NCBI GenBank assembly: GCA_963717935.1
Contig: CAVQXP010000001.1
Coordinates: 128,001 to 192,000, forward strand
Direction of reading: 5' to 3'
Origin: Candidatus Eiseniibacteriota bacterium
Lineage (GTDB): Bacteria; Eisenbacteria; RBG-16-71-46
DNA length: 64,000 nt
The translations under genes were made by a program, and so were the position numbers. The notes under the pieces were generated by a model. The model made no database searches, had not been told where the DNA came from, and saw nothing but the letters and a program-made list of their open reading frames with translations. Each line of letters begins with the position of its first letter. Positions within the stretch are counted from its first letter, which is position 1. Positions 56,927 to 64,000 of the stretch are shown piece after piece.

Positions 56927-59470
56927 TCAGGCGGTCCGGGCGAAGTCCGTCTGCAGACGAGCCTGGAAGACGGTGATGTCCGCGAAGACCTTCTTCAGCA
57001 CCGAGCGCTCGAGATGGGTCAACTCCTGCAGCTCGATGAAGTTGTCCGGCTCGGCGCCCCGACCGATCTGCGCGGCCTGGTGCGTGAGCCGCATCTGCAT
57101 CAGGGCGGTGTAGGCCTGCGCCAGCTCGTCGTGGCTGGAGGGCAGCAGCAGGCCCTGGTCGCGCAGCCGGCGCAGCCGCTCGATGGTGTTGGTCTCCGCG
57201 AAGCGGTTCTGCAAGGCATACATCCGCGCGAAGTTCACCAGCGGGATGATCGCCGCCTTCACGTTGAACGCCGCCGGATGCTCAGCCGGACGATTCGAGC
57301 TGGATGTTCCCGAAGAACCCGCGCGGGGCCCTGAACTGCAGCGTGCTCTGCGCCAGGTGGAAGAAGAAGGAGTTCTTGTCCTCGCCTTCCAGCAGGTGGT
57401 GCAGGTGCTCTCGCAGCTGCCGCACGTACTCGGCCTCCCCGTACGCGCAACGAAAGTCGAAGAACACGTTCACGTCCAGCAGGTCCTGGGGCCGGGCCGC
57501 GGTCACGCACTCGGTGAAATACCGCCGCCATCGCGACAGGGGCTGGCACCATTTCTCGGTTGCAGGCCATGACCTCGCCCTTGCAGCGCCGGTAGCCGAC
57601 GAGATCCAGCCAGCCGCACACCTTTTCGCCGAGCCGCAGGAAATGGGCCTGCACCGCCTCGTTCTCTTCCGGAGCGACGTCGGCGTAGATGATGGCGTTG
57701 TCCTGGTCGGTGGCCAGGGTCTGTTCCTCCCGCGCCTCGCTGCCCAGGACCACAAAGGCGAACGCGGCCGGCGGCGGTCCGAGTTCGGCCTCGGCCAGCG
57801 CGATCAGCCGCACCAGGATCGCGTCCGACACCGTCGTCATGATCCGGGTGACGCTTTCCACCCGCGCGCCGCTTTCCAGCAGCGCCTTGACGAACACCGG
57901 CAGCTTGGCGCGGCTGTCGCGCAACTCCTCGGGCGACCGGGCCTCCTGGATCTCACCGAGCAGAGCGCCGATCGCGTGGCGCTGCGTGTGGAGGATCTCC
58001 GTGCCCGTGAGGATCCCGCGCGTGGCGCCGCGTTCGTCGGTCACGACCAGGTGCTGCACGCTCCGCTCCTGCATGACGCGCGCGGCTTCGAACAGCAGGG
58101 CGCGGTCCTCGATGCGGACCAGAGGGGCGCTCATGACGGTGGCGACGGGCTCGGTCGCGGGCCGCCCCGCCGCCAGCACCCGGTTGCGCAGATCCTGGTC
58201 GGTCACGATGCCGATCGGCTCCCCGGCGGGGGACTGGACGAGGATGGCGCTGGACTTCGCCCGAGCCATGGCGACGGCGGCCTTGTGGATCGGCGTGTCC
58301 AGGTCACAGGTGGCCAGCGTCAGCGGTGAGGCCTTGATGGACCGCGTGGCCAGCGGCAGCATGCTCTGCAGATCGGCCACCAGGCGGGCGAGGGTCTCCT
58401 CGGTCTTCTTGCGGGCCGCGACGTCCTTGACGGACAGGATCTGCCCCGCCTTGTCACCGATCGTCACCGGGGCGGCTGTGAGCAGCACGTCCACGGCCTC
58501 GCCGTTGCTTGTTGAGGATCCTCGCGCGCCGTTCTGTCGCCGGCGCCGAGGGGTCGCCGTTGGGGACCGACTCCATGATCTTCTCCAACGGCACCTGGAC
58601 CAGTTCCTCCTCCGTGTAGCCCAGCCGGCCGAGCAGCGTCTTGTTCGCGTACACCGGGCGGTCCTGCAGCACCAGCAGGACCCCCTCGGTCGTCCCTTCC
58701 ACCAGCAACCGGTACTTCTCCTCCGATTCGCGCAGCGCCGTTTCCGCGCGCCAGCGCTGGCGCTCGAGGTTGAGTCCCTGCTGGGTGATGTAGGCCAGCA
58801 GCGCGGCGATGATGATGGAGATGCCCACCGAGATCTGAAGGACGCGGCGGATCATCTGGCTGATCTCAGCCCACACGTCTTCGAGGTAGATGCCGGTTCC
58901 CACGATCCAGCCCCAGGGCGCGAAGCCTTTCACGTAGGACAGCTTGGGCACCACGCGTTTCTCGTCGTCCTTCCATTGCCACAGGTAGTCCACGTAGCCG
59001 TCGCCCCTGGCCCGGACCACCTTGGTGAACTCGACGAACAGCCTCTTCCCCGCCGGATCGGAATACTCGAGGAGACTCTGGCCGTTCAACTCCGGGCGGT
59101 AGGGATGCATGACCATGCACGTCTGCGTGTCGGAGATCCAGAAGTAGTCCTTGCCGTCATCCCCGTAGCGCATGTTCTGGATCCGGGCGATGGCGGCCTG
59201 CTGGGCCGCGGCCCGCGAGAGCGCACCCTGCCTTTCCTGTTCATGCAGGCCCGCCAACTCGCTCCAGGCGGCTTGCGTCAACTCGCGAATCATCTCCTTC
59301 TTCCGCTCGATGATGTTCTTCTTCATCGTCGGGATGATGACCACGAAGATCAGGCCGAAGAACAGCGCAAAGGTCAGAATGGCCGGCGAGATGATGTTGA
59401 CGGCGAAATGCCGCCAATGGGGCCGGGGCGGTTGCCGAAGGTCAGCGGTGGGCATGAGTGGGAACCACAC
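56927..59470 (-). CDS. TM-sCache_2-TM-PAS-CBS pair-DUF294/DUF294_C putative nucleotidyltransferase (frameshifts near 58520, 57560, 57285)
   Basis: RYG..KDYFWI..MVMHPYRPELNG..GKRLF..GYVDY.W..PKLSYV..PWGWIVGTG (Cache), ESEEKYRLLVE (PAS), GIVTDQDLR (CBS), LGSEAREEQTLATDQDNAIIY (NTase), NVFFDFR and TNTIERL (DUF294_C). Confidence 0.85.
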
Positions 59471-59845
59471 TAAGGGCTCGCGGCCCGGCGGGCCAGCCTG
59501 CCGCCGGCGACGGCCGGCACAGGGCCCGCGCGCGGTCCGATCGCGGCCTGGCCGGACCCCGGGGGGCGACCTCGAGGATCGTTGTGAGCGTCGTCATGTG
59601 AGCGTCCACGTTCGTCCATCTCCGTCCATAGACACGAAGCACCCCGAGGATACATAAGTCCTTGGGCCGCATGCCATCTCGTTCTCGCGATGTCCGCTCG
59701 CTTCGCGTCATGTCGCTGATTTCGGTCCCCGCCCCGCGTGAGGAAACCGCTGTTCCATCCTTCCGAGTCATGGGCACGCTCTGTGGCCCGGCATCCGGCC
59801 GCGCAGTTGGCGCGCGACGGGCTCGCGCTCGAGGATCTCCGGTTC

Positions 59846-60928
59846 TCAGAACACCACGTACGCCCCGTCGCGGATGACCAGTTGCCGCCCCGCCGGCCCC
59901 ACCACCACGGCCTCGGCCACCTGGATCGGGTTGCCCTTCGCATAGACGATGTCCTGGTGCACGACGTTCCCGGGTTCGAGGAACGCCTTCACGCCCACGA
60001 CGCCGCCCAGGTGGTCCGAGCGCCCGTAGGCCCAGTGGAAGCCGGCCTTCTCGTCCTCGAGGACGTTGCCGGTGACGACCGCCCAGTCGTTGCAGCCGAA
60101 GGCAACCTCCGCGATGTTGGCGCGGGCCGGATCGGCGGCAAAGAGGGCGCGCAACCGCTCGGCCTCGGGGCCGCGCCCGTCGATCTCCTGGATGCGATTG
60201 GCCCTCACCGACAGGACCACGCGCTCACCGGCGACCTCCACCGGCAAGTCGCCCTCGGTGCGGGACGCCTCGCCGGCCTTCTCGCCCTCGTAGGGCACGA
60301 TGAACGTCTCGCCCGAGGGCAGGTTGATGATCCGGTCTCCCTGCTTGTCGCGGGGCAGGTAGCCGTCGTCCACCTCGGCCTTGCGCCAGCGCAGGTCGAA
60401 GGAGCAGCGCTCGCCGGTGGAAAAGCGCACCTCCAGCCGGTCGGCGCCCTTCAGGGCCGCGTCCAGGATGCCGCAACGGCGGGCCACCTCGCCGTAGTCG
60501 GCCGACAGGGCGCTCTGCTCCATGCGCCGCTCCAGACCTGGCAGCGAGGCGGCGCGGAAGTCGGCCTTTCGGCGGCAGTAGCCGTCGAGCGCGGCGGTGG
60601 CGGAGAACTCGGTCAGGAAGAGCGCCAGCGTGCAGTCCAGGAGGGCCTCGTCCATCGAGACTCCCACGCCGGCCTGGCGGCCGGCTGCGGGCAGGTCGGC
60701 GCCGTTGGCGCCCGTGGCGGCAAAGGTCAACAGCGCGTGCGTCTCGAACCCCCCCGCGCGGCCCAACTCGGCGAACGCCTCACGCCACTCGGCGGCCATG
60801 GCGCGCCGGTCCATCCACTTGGAGTTGTCGGCGATGGAGCCGTGAGGCAGGTCGCAGGCCACCAGCACCACCTCGCCCGGCTCCGTGCGGAACACGTCAG
60901 TCAGCAGCTTCTTCAACTCGAAGGCCAT
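59846..60928 (-). CDS. M29-like (thermophilic metalloprotease) aminopeptidase
   Basis: NLPSGETFIVP, AEVAFGCN, LEDEKAGFHWAYGRSDH, HQD. Confidence 0.75.
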   Translation of the reverse strand: MAFELKKLLTDVFRTEPGEVVLVACDLPHGSIADNSKWMDRRAMAAEWREAFAELGRAGGFETHALLTFAATGANGADLPAAGRQAGVGVSMDEALLDCTLALFLTEFSATAALDGYCRRKADFRAASLPGLERRMEQSALSADYGEVARRCGILDAALKGADRLEVRFSTGERCSFDLRWRKAEVDDGYLPRDKQGDRIINLPSGETFIVPYEGEKAGEASRTEGDLPVEVAGERVVLSVRANRIQEIDGRGPEAERLRALFAADPARANIAEVAFGCNDWAVVTGNVLEDEKAGFHWAYGRSDHLGGVVGVKAFLEPGNVVHQDIVYAKGNPIQVAEAVVVGPAGRQLVIRDGAYVVF

Positions 60929-61037
60929 GTCATCTCCCCATGCAAGAGACCAGAGGACGCCGGACCGCAGGGTCCACTCGCCATGAACCCGGCGGTCCGG
61001 CGCCCGGGATGCACCACTCCATCGACCCCACCGGCCC

Positions 61038-61427
61038 TCATCCCGCCCCGCGGCTCATCATCACCAGCGCCGCGCCGGTGAAGTAGGCCACCACCCAGTA
61101 GGCGTAGGCGAGCCGCGAATAGAGGTGCAGGCGCTTCCCGAGCAACTCCGCGCCCGCGCCGAGCCGGTGGCGCCACATCAGGAACGTGTCGGTCGCCATG
61201 GCGGCCAGCGCCGAGTATCCCAGCGCGCCGTGCAGGCTCAGACCCTCGCGTTGCGTGGCGAGAATCATGAGCAGCGTGGCGGTCATGTCGAAGGCCACCC
61301 CTGCGCTGAAGGCACCGCACACGCCACGGGTGGCGCGGCGGGCACGCAACTCCTTCACCGCGCCGATGGTGTAGAGCACGAGCGCCGCGGTGACGGTGGT
61401 CACCGCGGCCATGCGCAGTGGCGTCAC
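61038..61427 (-). CDS. Four-TM membrane protein (HsmA/TIGR03987-like)
   Basis: ALVLYTIG, G.AFD.TAT..M, HGALGY.AL, Y..W...Y..G pattern. Confidence 0.6.
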   Translation of the reverse strand: MTPLRMAAVTTVTAALVLYTIGAVKELRARRATRGVCGAFSAGVAFDMTATLLMILATQREGLSLHGALGYSALAAMATDTFLMWRHRLGAGAELLGKRLHLYSRLAYAYWVVAYFTGAALVMMSRGAG

Positions 61428-61524
61428 GCGGTCCTCCCTCGACGCAAGCCCACTCCTCTGCCCGGAGCCGTGGCGGTCCTCCCGGTCCGTGAACGCGACC
61501 GGACCCCGGCCCGGAGCCCCCTCC

Positions 61525-62319
61525 CTACCACAGCTCCCCCTGCGGCCAGCGGTCCTTCGGATTCACCGTCGCCAGCCCCAGCCGCTTCTTCATCTCGTTC
61601 GCGCTCGCCGGCGAGTGGCCGGCCCAGTGGTTGTTGAAGTAACCGTAGACCTCGCGCACCTCGGGCAACGCACGCTTCAGATCCGCCTCCCACGCATCGA
61701 ACTCCGCCCTGCGGTCCACCTGGACCCGGTCATAGCACCCGATCTCGCGGCGGTCGCCGAGCCAGCGCACGTAGAGGAAATCGGCCGTGACCTCGGTCAG
61801 GCGCGACAGGTCGCGCCACTCGGTCCAGGTCAGCGCCGCGCGATGCCGGCGCAGCAGATCGCAGGTCTGCGCCACCTGCCAGGACGCGTGCCGGAACTCG
61901 ACCGCGAGCCGCACGTCGCGGGGTGCCGCCGCGAGGAAGCGGTCGAGCACGCCTACCGTGCCCTCGTCGCGCTCGAACTCGGCCGGCAACTGCACCAGCA
62001 GGGGCCCGAGCTTCTCCCCCAGCGGCGCCAGCGCCTCCATGAACTCCTTCAGGTGTTCGCCCATGCTCGAGAGCCGGGACTCGTGGGTGATGCGCTGCGG
62101 CACCTTGGCCGCGAAGCGGAAGCCCGCAGGCGAGTGCCGCTCCCAGGAACGCACCACCGACGGCCGCGGCGGATGGTAGAACGTGGTGTCCAGCTCGACC
62201 GTGTCGAAGACCGCGCCGTAGAAGGGCAGCCAGTCCTCCTGCTTCGCGCCCGGCGGATAGAAGGAGCCCACCCAGTCCGCATACGACCAGCCCTGGGTGC
62301 CGATGTGGATCGCCGCCAT
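61525..62319 (-). CDS. DUF72 (YecE-like) protein
   Basis: IGTQGWSY..W...FYP, TVELDTTFY, KVPQRITH, QLP, EFRH.SW, YFNNHW. Confidence 0.9.
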   Translation of the reverse strand: MAAIHIGTQGWSYADWVGSFYPPGAKQEDWLPFYGAVFDTVELDTTFYHPPRPSVVRSWERHSPAGFRFAAKVPQRITHESRLSSMGEHLKEFMEALAPLGEKLGPLLVQLPAEFERDEGTVGVLDRFLAAAPRDVRLAVEFRHASWQVAQTCDLLRRHRAALTWTEWRDLSRLTEVTADFLYVRWLGDRREIGCYDRVQVDRRAEFDAWEADLKRALPEVREVYGYFNNHWAGHSPASANEMKKRLGLATVNPKDRWPQGELW

Positions 62320-62338
62320 GGTCCCTCCTCCCCCGTGC

Positions 62339-63304
62339 TCAGCCGGCGGCGGCCGGCTCCGGCCAGGCGAATTCGCCCGCCGGCGGCCCCGAACCGCGAT
62401 CGAGCAGATGACAACCGAAGAACGCCAGGACGTGGCGTTCGTATTCCGCCGGGTGGCGCCTCCAACCCTCGTTGTGGCCTGCGTCGGGGATGATCCACAG
62501 GGGATCCTTCGCCCCGGCCGCGCGCCACAGGCGGCGGGCGTTCTCGCTCGAGAGGCGGTCGTCCTCGAGCGCGTGGATGAGGAACAGCGGCCGGCCGGCG
62601 AGCCGGGCCGCCGCGGACTCGACGTCCACCTCGCCCAGATCGCGGCCCGTCAGCAGGCGGCTCAGCGCCCGCGCGAGATGGGCGCTGCGGCGGGGCAGGC
62701 GCGCCCAGCGCTGCGAGGAGTCTTCCAGCGCGAGCGTGGCGTGAGCGAAGGCGCCGTCCGCGACGACCGCGCGGACCTCCGGGTTCTCCGCCGCGACCAG
62801 CAGCGCCACCGAGCCGCCGAGCGACTCGCCCAGCAGGCCTACGGCGTGGCCGCCCAGCGACGGTTCCGCGCGCAGCCAGTCGAGCGCGGCCTGCGCGTCC
62901 ACCACCTCGTGGTGCCCGAGCGTGGTGGGCCGCCGCCGGCGCCAGCGCGAGGAGCGGAAGTCCACGGCGAACACGCCGTACCCGGCCGCGTGGAGGAACG
63001 CGCCATAGCGCCAGGCGCGCGAGTGCTCGCGGCCGTAGCCATGCAGCACGAGGACCACCGCGCGCTCGCGCGCGGGGAGCAGCCAGCCGTCGAGCGCGTC
63101 ATCCCCATCCAGCGGGACGCGGACGCGCTGCGCCACGCGGTCGAGGTCGGGGGCGCCACCCAGGTCGCGGGGCAGGAAGGGAAAGAAGCCGAGCCACACG
63201 GCCCCGCCCAGGAGCAGGGCCGCGGCCGCGAACACCGCCGCCACCACACCGCCCGCGACGAGCGCGTCGCCCGCCGCAAGCACCAGCTCGCTCACGATCA
63301 CCAT
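62339..63304 (-). CDS. Membrane-anchored alpha/beta hydrolase
   Basis: N-terminal TM, LHGYG, GESLG nucleophile, D and AGH triad. Confidence 0.85.
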   Translation of the reverse strand: MVIVSELVLAAGDALVAGGVVAAVFAAAALLLGGAVWLGFFPFLPRDLGGAPDLDRVAQRVRVPLDGDDALDGWLLPARERAVVLVLHGYGREHSRAWRYGAFLHAAGYGVFAVDFRSSRWRRRRPTTLGHHEVVDAQAALDWLRAEPSLGGHAVGLLGESLGGSVALLVAAENPEVRAVVADGAFAHATLALEDSSQRWARLPRRSAHLARALSRLLTGRDLGEVDVESAAARLAGRPLFLIHALEDDRLSSENARRLWRAAGAKDPLWIIPDAGHNEGWRRHPAEYERHVLAFFGCHLLDRGSGPPAGEFAWPEPAAAG

Positions 63305-63381
63305 GCCGCGGACTATCGCACCGCAGCGAAGAGGCGGGCAAACCCCGCCCGGCGCGGCGGGCGGGTGACGAAGGCTGCGCC

Positions 63382-64000
63382 TCAGTCGACGCTGGCCAGG
63401 TCCTCGACGAACGCCGCGGCCGACAGGGCACCGCCGGTCGCCCGGTGCAGGGTCTCCCGCCAGTCGAGTGTCCGGCCCCCCCGGTAGAGCCGCTCGACCA
63501 GGAAGGCCCCGACGTCGGGGCTCGTCACGTAGCGCTCCCCCACACCGGGCCCGCCACCCAGCAGCACGCGCCGCAGGTGGGCCTGGAGCTGCGAAGCCAT
63601 CATCTCGCCGAGCATGTAGTTGTGGTAGTAGACCGGCGCGGTGCTGAAGTGGACCTTGCTCGCCCAGTCGGGCGAGCGGCGTCCCGCGGGGCGCCTGACG
63701 AGCTGGTAGCGCTCGACCAGGTCCCACCACAGAGAGTCCAGGTCCTGCCCGGGATCACGGTACAGGGCCCGTTCCATGTGGCACATCACCAGCATCCAGC
63801 GCGTCTGCACCAGCAACTGGTCGCGGGAGGCCCGCGCGCAGGCGGCACCCGCCGCGCGGGCCTCGTCCGCCGGCACCCCGGCATGGTGCTCGAGCCAGGC
63901 GGCATCCTTCGGGAGGCGCCCGAACAGCATCGCACTCGCCTCGGTCGTGAGGATGTGCGCGGGCTCGCGCAGGACGAACGGCAGCGCCCGGTCGATGTGC
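63382..64000 (-). CDS. C-terminal part of an M2/M3-like gluzincin peptidase (truncated by the window edge)
   Basis: LPFVLREPAHILTTEASAM, ERALY..P, WWDLVERYQ, DWASKVHF..PVYYHNY. Confidence 0.8.
   Translation of the reverse strand, partial: HIDRALPFVLREPAHILTTEASAMLFGRLPKDAAWLEHHAGVPADEARAAGAACARASRDQLLVQTRWMLVMCHMERALYRDPGQDLDSLWWDLVERYQLVRRPAGRRSPDWASKVHFSTAPVYYHNYMLGEMMASQLQAHLRRVLLGGGPGVGERYVTSPDVGAFLVERLYRGGRTLDWRETLHRATGGALSAAAFVEDLASVD

Noticed and set aside
53500..61430. Genomic island (sequence looks slightly less GC-rich by eye)
   Set aside because: No integrase, tRNA or flanking direct repeats were found, and the compositional shift was not quantified.

Overview
High-GC bacterial chromosomal segment with about 43 CDSs and no recognisable rRNA, tRNA, CRISPR array, integrase or transposase. 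A secreted protease with a C-terminal FlgD-Ig-like domain hints at an FCB-related candidate lineage such as Eisenbacteria, Krumholzibacteria or Latescibacteria (inference only). About 15 genes are split by small indels with catalytic motifs intact, most likely long-read consensus errors rather than pseudogenes. The window is peptidase-rich (11 genes: M28, S9, PA-domain HExxH, M2/ACE, four tandem signal-peptide-bearing PepF/M3B, two M29, one M2/M3-like). It also encodes an RND efflux operon, an MIO-family lyase with an Ala-Cys-Gly triad, malic enzyme, a permuted flavoprotein fused to a membrane Fe-S domain, ABC-F and a lone BMC-T shell gene. The best candidate novel system is at 52.9-59.5 kb. 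A DUF485-ActP carboxylate permease operon converges on an operon encoding a TM-sCache_2-TM-PAS-CBS-DUF294 nucleotidyltransferase and a metallophosphoesterase. This suggests a carboxylate-sensing transmembrane writer/eraser pair. Two sigma28-like promoters, a probable leaderless BMC-T transcript and an unannotated 33-aa basic sORF were also read from the DNA. All family assignments are from motif recognition by eye, not database searches.
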